Shown: positions 52,401-62,784 of the stretch, piece after piece
Layout of the letters: each line of letters begins with the position of its first letter
Numbering within the stretch: the stretch's first letter is position 1
Assembly (NCBI RefSeq): GCF_963921235.1
Contig: NC_086107.1
Span: 93,932,001-93,996,000, forward strand
Direction of reading: 5' to 3'
From: Mobula hypostoma
Lineage: Eukaryota
Length of the DNA stretch: 64,000 bases
The notes under the pieces: generated by a model
The model's database searches: none
Seen by the model: the letters and a program-made list of their open reading frames with translations, nothing else
What the model was told of the DNA's origin: nothing
Made by a program: the position numbers and the translations under genes

Positions 52401-52918
52401 TCTAGTGATCCAATATTCACTCTCACCTCTCTTTTATTCTTTAGATAGCTGAAAAAAACTTCTGGTATGCTTTTTCATATTATTGGCTAGCTTACCTTTG
52501 TATTTAATCTTTTCTCTCATTATGGCTTCTTTACCTGCCTTCTGTTGTTTTTTTTTAAAAAAGCTTCCCAATCCTCTACCTTCCCACTAATTTTTCTGAT
52601 TTATATGCCCACTCTTTTGCTTCTTTGTCAGACATTGTTACCTTATCCTACTTCATCTTTGGGATGTGTTTGTCTTGAACCTTCCAAATTGCTCCCAGAA
52701 ACTCCAGCCATTGCTGTTCTGCCGTCATCCCGACTATTGTCCCTCCCAATCAACTGTGGGCAGATTCTTTCTCATGTCTCTGTATTTACATTTACTCCAC
52801 TGTAATACTGTTGCATCTAACTTTATCTTCTCCCTTTCAAACTGCAGGGTGAATTCTATTATATTATGATCACTGTCTTCTAAGTGTTCCTTTACCTTAA
52901 GCTCCCTAATCAAATCTA

Positions 52919-52978
52919 ACCAGCAACTTTGATGTGTGTTGCTTGAATTTCCAGCATCTGCAGAATTCCTGTTGTTTG
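52919..52978 (+). mobile_element. 60-bp Penelope terminal fragment insertion
   Basis: 13-bp TSD CTAATCAAATCTA (52906-52918, 52979-52991). Sequence equals the PLE 3' terminus plus tail. Inserted in a CR1. Confidence 0.85.
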
Positions 52979-53104
52979 CTAATCAAATCTAGTTCATTAC
53001 ACAACACCCAATCTAGAACTGCCTTTTTCATAGTGGGCTCAACCATTCTGTAGGCATTCTACAAATTCCCACTTGGGATCCAGCACCAACTTGATTTTCC
53101 CAAT

Positions 53105-53261
53105 TCTCTTACTAGCTCTTCTTTCAGTTAGTCCTGACGAATGGTCTCCGCCCGAAACATCGACTGTACCTTTTCCTAGAGATGCTGCCTGGCCTGCTGC
53201 GTTCACCAGCAACTTTTATGTGTGTTGCTTGAAATTCCAGCATCTGCAGAATTCCTCGTGT
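53105..53261 (+). mobile_element. Short Penelope 3'-end insertion with a degenerate hammerhead (53130-53165)
   Basis: 14-bp TSD TTGATTTTCCCAAT (53091-53104, 53262-53275). Core reads agtc-CTGACGA-atggtctccgccc-GAAAC-atc-gact. Inserted in a CR1. Confidence 0.85.
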
Positions 53262-53622
53262 TTGATTTTCCCAATCTACCTGTATATTGAAATCCCCCAT
53301 TACTATTGTAACATTGCTCTTTTCAAACATGCCTTTCTGTTGTGCAGATGTCTGTATATAATTCCAATTAGGCACACTTTACCTTGTAGTTTCTTAACTC
53401 TACCCACAAGGATTCTATATATTCCAATCCCATCTCACCTCTTTATAAGGATTTGATTTGTTTTTCAACTAATAGAGCCACCCTACCTCCTCTGCCTTTC
53501 CAGAAAATATGTATCCTTGGAGGTTGAGCTCCCAACTATAATCCAGTAAATAAATATCATTATCATTCTAGAAATTGCCCTCTCCCTTGATATCTTCACA
53601 AAGAATGGTACACTTCAATAGA

Positions 53623-53860
53623 AAAAAACGCAAACAACAGGAATTCTGCAGATGCTGGAAATTCAAGCAACACACATCAAAGTTGCTGGTGAACGCAGCA
53701 GGCCAGGCAGCATCTATAGGAAGAGGCGCAGTCGACGTTTCAGGCCGAGACCCTTCGTCAGGTCCTGACGAAGGGTCTCGGCCTGAAACGTCGACTGCGC
53801 CTCTTCCTATAGATGCTGCCTGGCCTGCTGCGTTCACCAGCAACTTTGATGTGTGTTGCT
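53623..53860. mobile_element. Palindromic non-autonomous Penelope-derived mini-element with two hammerhead cores
   Basis: 14-bp TSD TACACTTCAATAGA (53609-53622, 53861-53874). Perfect inverted repeat 53665-53762 / 53764-53861 with a 1-nt spacer. Nearly identical to 18947-19043. Confidence 0.9.
53761..53796 (+). ncRNA. Minimal hammerhead ribozyme (right arm of palindrome)
   Basis: GGUC-CUGACGA-AGG-gucucgg-CCU-GAAAC-GUC/GACU, predicted cleavage after 53792. The mirror core is on the minus strand at ~53730-53762 with a disrupted stem I. Confidence 0.8.
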
Positions 53861-54477
53861 TACACTTCAATAGAGTTTTTTTTTAAATTTAGAGACACAA
53901 TAAAATCACAGCCCCTTCTGGCCCAATGTATCCATGCTGCTCAATTACACCCAAGTGACAAATTAACATACTGACCCATACACCTTTGGAATGTGGGAGG
54001 GAACCCGAGCACCCGGAGGAAACATACATGGTCACAGTGAGAACATAGAAATGCCTTACAGACAGAGACAGCTGTGAACCCAGGGTGCTGGCGCTGTAGA
54101 AGTGTTACGCTAATCACTATACCACTGCGCTGCTCTGATCAGGGAAGAATACTACAGCGGCACTTAGAGAGGACATTGTAAAGGGCTCATCTGGTGATGC
54201 AACATGAGAGCTCAGGAACAAGGAGACACAATCACTACAACGGGACTATACTACAAGCCTCCCATAAGTCTGTATTGATAAGAGAGACAGAGATGCAAGC
54301 AAATTATGGAAAGACGTAAAAGCAATATGGCAGTCACCATTTTTTAACCTTAATATCCCCAATATTGACTAGGCCTCTCTCTCCAGACGTCAGAACTTTC
54401 TTTTAGAACACAGGGATTGGTAGTGCCTGAAGTGGTAAAAGCTGATACGTTAGGAGCATTTAAGGAAATCTTAAATA

Positions 54478-55039
54478 CACTCAGTGAATATTTCATTAGC
54501 TACCTCCTGTGTCAAATAAAATGGCCACAGTGCAAGTTTGTGATCTTCTGCTGCTGTAACCATCCACTTCAAGATTCGAAGTGTTGTGCATTCAGAGACT
54601 CTCATCTGCACACCACTGTTGTAACGCATGGTTATTTGAGTTACTGTCACCTTCTTGTTAACTTGAACCAGTCTGGTCATTAGCCTTCAACCCCTCTCAC
54701 TAACAAGATGTATTCACCCAAAGAATTACCACTCACTGAATGGTTTTTTTTTTTGTTTTTTTGCACCATTCTCTTTAATTTTTAGAGACTATTGTCGGTG
54801 AAAATCCCAGGAGGTCAGCATTTTCTGAGATACTCAATCACCCTGTCTCGCACCAACAATTATTCCACAAAGTCATTTAGGTCACTTTTCTTCCTCATTC
54901 TGATGTTTGGTCTGAACAACAACTGAATCTCTTGATCATGTCTGCATGCTTTTACGCATCGAGTAGCTGCCACGTGATTGGCTAATGAGATATTTGCATT
55001 GATGAGGTGTACAGGTGTAAATCAAGTGGCCACTGCGTG
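54478..55039. mobile_element. Degenerate non-autonomous Tc1-like element
   Basis: Ends tacactcagtg... and ...aggtgtacaggtgt...aagtggccactgcgtg resemble inverted CACTCAGTGGCCACTT termini. Internal sequence resembles Tc1 5' regions. Confidence 0.5.
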
Positions 55040-55689
55040 CAGGTACAAGGATAAAAGAAAAAAATGGAGGGTTGGGGGCTGTGTGGGAGGAAAGGGTTAG
55101 ATTGATTGTGGATAGGTTAAAAGGTTGGCACAATGTCATGGGCTCGGGATGTACTGTATTATTCTATGTTCTGTGTTATGCCTGATTAACTTGACCACCT
55201 TTTTTTTTAATGACAAAGATGACTGATTAGGTCAGGGCAGTGGAAGTCATACCCACAGACTTAAGACTTCAAAAACTTTCCTTCATCATGGGCTGATCCA
55301 AAAGATTAAGACATATGGGATTCACGGAGACTTGGCAGACGGGATTCACAACTGGCTTGGCTGGAGAAGACAATATAGGTAGTGGTGGAAGGGTGTTCTT
55401 CTAACTCAAGCTCCAAGACCAGTGATGTTCCTCAATGACCTGTGTTGTTTATGTAATGTTTTAAATAAAAATGTAAATGGCTGATTCGTAAGTTTGTAGA
55501 GAATACAGTAATTAACAGTGTTGTGAATGGTGCAAAGGGTTCGTAAAAGACTCTGCAAGATACAGACCAGCTGGGAAAGTGGGCAGAGAGAAAACGACAA
55601 ACGTAATTTAATCTGGACAGTGCGAGTTGTTTCTCTTTGGAAGGTCAATTGTGAAAGTAAGTTTGCCATTGTACATATGACAATAAACT

Positions 55690-56105
55690 TGTTTTGAGCC
55701 GCGTGTGGAGGGCACAGTACCCGGGACAGAGACAGCACCGCGCCTTTACCTGCAGCCTCTGCCTGTGTCAACTGCCTCACCTCCCGGCTGTCCCATTCCC
55801 CCCGGCCTCGGTCCCCGCGCCTCCGCTCTTCCTCCTCCCCACCCCGCCTCGGCGCCCCCAGGACCGGACTCTCCTCACTCACCCGCCGGGTGTTGCAGAG
55901 CCCGACGCCCAACAGCGCCAACAGCAAGAAGCCGCCCCGGACAACCATCCGTTCCATCACCGGGCAATTACAGCCCCGCGGCATCACGGGATTCTGGCTG
56001 ACTATGGCAGAGGGCATGACGGGACATAGGAGGACCTTCTCCCTGGGAAGGAGTGGTGTTGAACGATGTTGGGGGCCCTAAATCAGCATATTCCGTCCCC
56101 CGTGA
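55690..56105. promoter_or_regulatory. CpG island / probable EMC10 promoter and 5' end
   Basis: GC- and CpG-rich non-repeat segment spanning EMC10 exon 1 in an otherwise AT-rich, CpG-poor window. Confidence 0.7.
55883..55957 (-). CDS. EMC10: EMC10 coding exon 1 (signal peptide, MERMVVRGGFLLLALLGVGLCNTRR)
   Basis: ATG at 55957 in good context (gtgATGG), hydrophobic signal peptide, perfect donor CGG|gtgagt (GT at 55882-55881), phase 0 matching exon 2. Lies in a CpG-rich island. Other in-frame ATGs at 55948, 55984 and 56017 make the exact start uncertain. Confidence 0.85.
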
Positions 56106-57659
56106 TTGAAATATACACATCTCAGTTCTTCTTGTCACCCCCAACTCTTAAGTCATAGTCATGGTTATTGTCGTATGTACAGGTGCAATGAAAAACTTGC
56201 AGCAGCAGTCACAAAAAATATAAACATATTCATTTTTTTTCCAAGAAGGAACTATTAAAAGAAAAATAAATTTTAGTGCAGAGTGCAATTCCTCAGCACA
56301 GGTGCACCCATGAGGGAGGGAGGACGGGTGTGTGGGTGTATACCTATGATTGTGTGGCTAAGTACAACTCCAAAACCGTATGCCAGTTGACTGATGACAC
56401 CACTTGTCATGTATTGAATTGGTAAGGTCAGTTAACGCAGTTTGACACTTGTCAAGTACGGTGAAGTACTTTGACAAACTTCTAATGATGTACAGTGGAG
56501 AGTTTCCTAACTTGTTGCATCAGAACCCTAGGTACAGAAAAGTCTACAGATAGTGAGGGATACAGCCCAGACAATCACAGGAAAAGACCTTTCCACCACT
56601 GAGCACATTAACATGACACAAGAAAGCAGCATCTATTATCAAAGACCCCTCACATCTAGGCTATGCTCTCTTCTTTCTACTACCCTTATGTGAGTGTAAG
56701 ACTGAACCTTGCCACCGGGAATGAAAAAAGGATGGTTAGAATCAGGTATTTATAGTGTTTTAACAAATAAATAAAACAAAAAGGCATATAATTAGACAGA
56801 TTTTAAAAAGTATTTGTGGTGGATGTTCCAAACACTCATTTCCTTTGGAGATAATGAGCTCTAACACTTTTGATTTTTGATACACTGATTGGACACTTTT
56901 AGTGGCTGACACGGGGCGAGATAAGCAACTGCTACATACTTGTTCTTGTAGAAACGTGGCTCCAGAACAACATCCACGCTCTATCAATCTTCAGGCCACG
57001 CCATTCAGGGTCTTGTGCTAATAATTATTCTGCGACTGTATGTGCTATCGTAAGTACATGTGAGCGTGTGACCGTATGCACTGTGTTTTGCACCTTGGCC
57101 CCGGAGAAACATTGTTTTTTTAGCTGTATATGTGTGCAAGATTGAATGACAATTAAACTTGAACTTGAACCATAAAAATCAGTGTGTGTGTGGTATAAAG
57201 GAGATTCAGCTTGTCACTGAACATTCGTACAAACTTCTACAGATGTACTGCTGGTCTGGTATGGCAACTCAAAAGTAAGAAGCTGCAGAAAGCAGTGGAA
57301 TCAGCCCGGTACGTCACACCCACCATCATCAGTAGCATCTATGTGAGGCAGTGATTCAGGAAGACAGCATCTACCATTACCAAGCCAGAGACTTGGCTTC
57401 AATTCCCACCGCTGTCTGTAAGAAGTTCGTATGTACTCCCTGTGACTGCTTGGACTTCCTCCAGATGCTCCAGTTTCCTCCCACATTCCAAAGGCGTCTG
57501 GGTTAGTTGGTCATTTTGGGTGCAATTGGCAGGCACGGTCTTATTGGGCTGGAAAGACCTGTTACTGTGCTGCATTTCTAAATAAATAAGATGCCCATCA
57601 TCCCAGCCATGCCATCTTCCAACAATCAACTTAAAATTATGCCCCCTTATATTAGTCAT

Positions 57660-57957
57660 CATGTGTGGCGCGTAGCCAAGTGGTTAGGGCATTGGACTAG
57701 CGATCTGATGGTCGTGGGTTCAAGCCTCAGCCGGGGCAGCGTGTGTGTCCTTGAGCAAGGCACTTAACCACACAATGCTCCAGTCTACCCAACTGAGAAT
57801 GGGTACCGGCAAAAATGTGGGGGTTAACCTCGTGAAAGACTGGCGTCCTATCCGGGGGGGGGGAGTCTCGTACTCTCAGTCACTTCAAGCCACGGAAACC
57901 GAGATAAGCACCGGCCTGATGGGCCACAAGGCTCGGGACAGACTTTAATCTTTAATA
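57660..57957 (+). mobile_element. tRNA-derived SINE with a CORE-like domain
   Basis: A box (tagccaagtgg), B box (ggttcaagcc), CORE-like gtgtccttgagcaaggcacttaac. 11-bp TSD ATATTAGTCAT (57649-57659, 57958-57968). Confidence 0.85.
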
Positions 57958-58289
57958 ATATTAGTCATTCCCACCCAACTGAACAGTCAGATCATTCCAA
58001 CAAAAATAAGCAAATGGTTGAGACGGGTACAATAGTATCACTTAAAAGGATTTGGACAGGAAACCTGGAAGGGCAGAGCTTGAAGGGATATGGGCCAAAC
58101 GCAGGAAAATGGTATCCATGGTTGGCATGGACTACTCGGGCCGAAGGGCCTGCATCCATACTGTGCTGCTCTGTGATAAGATAAGAAGATGATAAGAGAT
58201 ATCGATCGAGTGGACAGCCAAAGACTCTTCCCAGAACGAAAATGGCTAACACCAGGGAGCAAAAATTTTAAGATGTCAGGATGAAAGTA

Positions 58290-58685
58290 TCCACTAAGAG
58301 GACCACAACCTTCTCGTGGTTTGGAGGTTTGCGTGCCTCAATGACCCAGAGACTTTAGGCTTTAGCTCTTGGCAGGGTCACCCATGCCAAACAGGTCAAA
58401 GGGTAGAGGACTAAGAGTGGTGTACTGGTCCTCCAGGTTTGGGGGTTCAGCTCAGGGCTAACAACCTTAACTGGGAAAACTAAATTGTTATGGAAACAGC
58501 AATGAAGAATCCTTCTCCATCTGAGTGTGATGGTATTCCTGAGTCTCCACCTGGGACTTGCATGACTGACAGTAGTGAAAACCGAGAGGAAGCTTCTGAC
58601 GTGATGAAGGAAGCCCTGAACACCGCCAGAGATGGAGGATCTTCATTGCTGCCCTAAACACCTGTGGCATAACAGTCAGTAAATA
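58290..58685 (+). mobile_element. Bipartite RTE-derived element (5' UTR fused to the 3' end)
   Basis: 12-bp TSD AGGAT(G/A)AAAGTA (58278-58289, 58686-58697). 5' part (ccttctcgtggtttggaggtttgcgtgcctcaatga...gcagggtcacccatgccaaacaggtc) resembles the RTE/Expander 5' UTR. 3' part encodes RWRIFIAAL, then a cagtaaat tail. Confidence 0.65.
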
Positions 58686-59984
58686 AGGATAAAAGTAAAG
58701 GGGGAATGTCACAGGCACTTTTTTTTATATATACAGGGAGTGGTGAGTGTGTGGAGGACTAGTGGTAGAGTCAGATACATTCAGAGCGTTTAAGAAACTC
58801 TTAGAAGATAGAAAAATGGAGAACTATGTGGGAGGGAAGGGATAGAATGATCTTGGAGTTGTAAAGTCGGCACAACATCGTGGGCTGAAAGGCCTGTACT
58901 GTGCTGTTTCTATGACACTGTGATGTCAATAGAATTGCCTTGCCACCAACCAGATAAGATACATGCTCAGAGACTGTATTTTCCAAAGATAGAATTAAAC
59001 AAAAATATCAGTGTGTAATTGTTTTATTTTCCCTGAAAATATATATGGGCGACATGAAACAGCATTGTACTTCTGTCGTTACACAGATGAGAGTCGGTGC
59101 ATCTGCTTCAGGGGGAAGGTTGCCGTTACTCCCACAATCCTTTGCTGCCACAAGAAGACCGTTGCCATGCATTGGAAAACTGAACTGAAGCTACCTGTGG
59201 GTCATAAGGCGAGAGGTCAGATCAGATCAGCTTGAGAGAACACACATATATTCCTTGTAATTGTTGAGAACTGGAGTGTAGGAGAATGAGGGAAAATTTG
59301 ATCGAGATATAGAAAATTATGAGGGGTATAGATAGGGTAAATGCAAGCAGACTTTTTCCACTGAGGTTGGATGAGACTAGAACTAGAGGTCATAGGTTAA
59401 GGGTGAAAAGTGAACTATCTAAGGGGAACATGAGGGGGAACTTCTTCACTCAGAGGGTGGTGAGATTGTAGAACAAGGTGCCTGTGGAAGTGGTGGATGC
59501 GGGTTAAATTTAAGAGAAGTTTGGAAAAGTACATGGATGGGAGGCGTATGGAGGGCTGTGGTCTAGGTGTGAGTCAATGGGACTAGGCAGAATAACAGTT
59601 CAGCATGGGCTAGATGGGCTGGGTGGAGGAATCTGATAGGAGAGGAGAGAGGACCATGGGAGAAAGGGAATGAGGAGGGGCACCAGAGAGAGGTAATGGG
59701 CAGGTCCGGAGAAGAAAAGAAGAAAGAAGGGAGCCAGGATAGGGAATAGAAAAATCAGTTATAGAGGACCCTTACCACTACCAAAATCCCAAAGTGCTTG
59801 ATAGACAGTTAATCAGATAAAAATAGCCATCGATTCAAAGACGGAGATATTAGGACTATCGGCAAGAAGGTGGATATTAAGGAATGCTTTGGAAGAAGAA
59901 ATGGAAGGCTGGAGGCATTTGAGGAGGGAATATCAGAACTTAGAGCTTGGATGGGTGAAGGGGTGGTGGGCAACAGTGAGACAC

Positions 59985-60185
59985 AGTGGGTCTGAGCATT
60001 AGCGTAACAATTAACAGCGCCAGCTTTAAGTCAGGGGTTCAATTCCCATCGCTGTCTGTAAGGGGTTTGTCTGCTCTCCCCATGACTGCGTGGGTTTTTT
60101 CCCGATGCTCCGGTTCGATCCCGCGTTCCAAAGACGTACGGGTTAGTTGTGGTCGTGCCACGTTGGCACCGGAAGCATGGCGACA
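59985..60185 (+). mobile_element. V-SINE (HE1-like), 5' part; the 3' part resumes at ~62158-62250
   Basis: ggggttcaattcc B box plus V-domain tctccccatgactgcgtgggttttttcccgatgctccggtt...ccaaagacgt. Related decayed copies at ~1555-2020, 10290-10540, 23865-24160, 25545-25750, 26450-26750, 35695-36025, 48225-49705, 53890-54130 and 57395-57590. Confidence 0.75.
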
Positions 60186-62157
60186 GAGAAAGTGGCTCAC
60201 CTGAGGACTGAGAGAAATTCAGAGTTCAGCAGAGGAGGACAAAGGGCTTAATTAGGAAGGGGAAAAAAGACTATGAGAGAAAACTGGCAGGGAACATAAA
60301 AACTGACTGTAAAAGCTTTTATAGATATGTAAAAAGGAAAAGACTAGTAAAGACAAATGTAGGTCCCCTACAGACAGAAACAGGTGAATTGATTATGGGG
60401 AGCAAGGACATGGCAGACCAATTGAATAATTACTTTGGTTCTGTCTTCACTAAGGAGGACATAAATAATCTTCCAGAAATAGTAGGGGACAGAGGGTCCA
60501 GTGAGATGGAGGAACTGAGCAAAATACATGTTAGTAGGGAAGTGGTGTTAGGTAAATTGAAGGGATTAAAGGCAGATAAATCCCCAGGGCCAGATGGTCT
60601 GCATCCCAGAGTGCTTAAGGAAGTAGCCCAAGAAATAGTGGATGCATTCGAGATAATTTTTCAAAACTCGTTAGATTCTTGACTAGTTCCTGAGGATTGG
60701 AGGGTGGCTAATGTAACCCCACTTTTTAAAAAAGGAGGGAGAGAGAAACCGGGGAATTATAGACCGGTTAGCCTAACGTCAGTGGTGGGGAAACTGCTGG
60801 AGTCAGTTATCAAAGATGTGATAACAGCACATTTGGAAAGCGGTGAAATGATCGGACAAAGTCAGCATGGATTGTGAAAGGAAAATCATGTCTGACGAAT
60901 CTCATAGAATTTTTTGAGGATGTAACTAGTAGAGTGGATAGGGGAGAATCAGTGGATGTGGTATATTTGGATTTTCAAAAGGCTTTTGACAAGGTCCCAC
61001 ACAGGAGATTAGTGTGCAAACTTAAAGCACACGGTATTGGGGGTAAGGTATTGATGTGGATAGAGAATTGGTTAGCAGACAGGAAGCAAAGAGTGCGAAT
61101 AAACGGGACCTTTTCAGAATGGCAGGCAGTGACTAGTGGGGTACCGCAAGGCTCAGTGCTGGGACCCCAGTTGTTTACAATATATATTAATGACTTGGAT
61201 GAGGGAATTAAATGCAGCATCTCCAAGTTTGCGGATGACACGAAGCTGGGCGGCAGTGTTAGCTGTGAGGAGGATGCTAAGAGGATGCAGGGTGACTTGG
61301 ATAGGTTGGGTGAGTGGGCAAGTTCATGGCAGATGCAATTTAATGTGGATAAATGTGAAGTTATCCACTTTGGTGGCAGAAATAGGAAAACAGATTATTA
61401 TCTGAATGGTGGCCAATTAGGAAAAGGGGAGGTGCAACGAGACCTGGGTGTCATTATACACCAGTCATTGAAAGTGGGCATGCAGGTACAGCAGGCGGTG
61501 AAAAAGGCGAATGGTATGCTGGCACTTATAGCGAGAGGATTCGAGTACAGGAGCAGGGAGGTACTACTGCAGTTGTACAAGGCCTTGGTGAGACCACACC
61601 TGGAGTATTGTGTGCAGTTTTGGTCCCCTAATCTGAGGAAAGACATCCTTGCCATAGAGGGAGTACAAAGGAGGTTCACCAGATTGCTTTCTGGGATGGC
61701 AGGACTTTCATATGAAGAAAGACTGGATGAACTAGGCTTGTACTCGTTGGAATTTAGAAGATTGAGGGGGGATCTGATTGAAACATATAAAATCCTAAAG
61801 GAATTGGACAGGCTAGATGCAGGAAGATTGTTCCCGATGTTGGGGAAGTCCAGAACGAGGGGTCACAGTTTGAGGATAAAGGGGAAGCCTTTTAGGACTG
61901 AGATTAGGAAAAACTTCTTCACACAGAGAGTGGTGAATCTGTGGAATTCTCTGCCACAGGAAACAGTTGAGGCCGGTTCATTGGCTATACTTAAGAGGTA
62001 GTTAGATATGGCCCTTGTGGCTACGGGGATCAGGGGGTATGGAGGGAAGGCTAGTGCAGGGTTCTGAGTTGGATGATCAGCCATGATCATAATAAATGGC
62101 GGTGCAGGCTTGAAGGGCTGAATGGCCTACTCCTGCACCTATTTTCTATGTTTCTAT
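60186..62157 (+). mobile_element. Young 5'-truncated CR1 LINE inserted in a V-SINE
   Basis: ORFs 60389-60682 and 60874-62001 (KSPGPDGLHPRVLKE, YLDFQKAFDKVPH, SGVPQGSVLGP, KFADDTKL). 3' tail ttctatgtttctatg. The SINE resumes (gacacttgcaggctg) after it. Confidence 0.92.
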
Positions 62158-62784
62158 GACACTTGCAGGCTGCCCCCAGCACATCCTCTACCCAAATGGC
62201 GCATTCCACTCTACGTTTTCATGTACATGTGATGAATAATGCTAATCGTTCTTTATATATGGGTGGGTAAATGGGACTGGTTCAGAGAGGCATCTTGGTC
62301 AACATGGATGAGTTGGGCCAAAGTGTTTGGTTCTGTTTGGCCCACAGCTCTACATCACAAAAAGAGTGAGGAAAATGTGATCGGGTGAACATGGGACGGT
62401 GCATAAAATCTTCACTTACCAAGCCGTTGCAATGCACAGAAAGCACCTTACTGGGGAACTGGAAGAGAATCAGAGACAGAAAACACAAATATTAGAAGTG
62501 TTTTTGGTCATTGTGAACTTCTTCTGTCCTATTCCAAGAGCACAGATCAAATTTAAGATCAGAGGCCGGAGTTTAAAAGAGGCAGCTTCTTCACCGCCAG
62601 AAGTAGTGGCTGAGGTGGGCATATCAGCAACATATAAGCACCGTCTAGTTAGACAGGAGAGGCTTAGAGGGCTCTGGGCCAAACGCGAGCACATGGGACA
62701 AGTTTAGATGGGAGCCGTTCAGTTCATTCAGCACGGAGAGGTTGGGCCAAAGTACTTATTTCCAAGTTGTATGCCTCTATGACT

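Larger units (their letters stand above)
51025..53530 (-). mobile_element. Decayed CR1 LINE carrying two Penelope-derived insertions
   Basis: CR1 3' end (AAEAKSLGIFKVKVDRF) and RT/EN remnants (VTIVMGDFNIQVDWENQ). Confidence 0.82.

Noticed and set aside
53568..53886. Two overlapping ~100-aa ORFs on opposite strands with near-identical sequence
   Set aside because: Artefact of the perfect palindrome. The same peptide appears wherever the Penelope terminus occurs (e.g. 18839-19298, 53073-53456).
55406..56017. 203-aa single-exon ORF
   Set aside because: Read-through of EMC10 exon 1 into intron 1 and a CR1 remnant. The spliced model explains the coding part.
57664..57735. tRNA gene
   Set aside because: The tRNA-like head continues into a SINE body with a TSD, and the acceptor stem is not intact.
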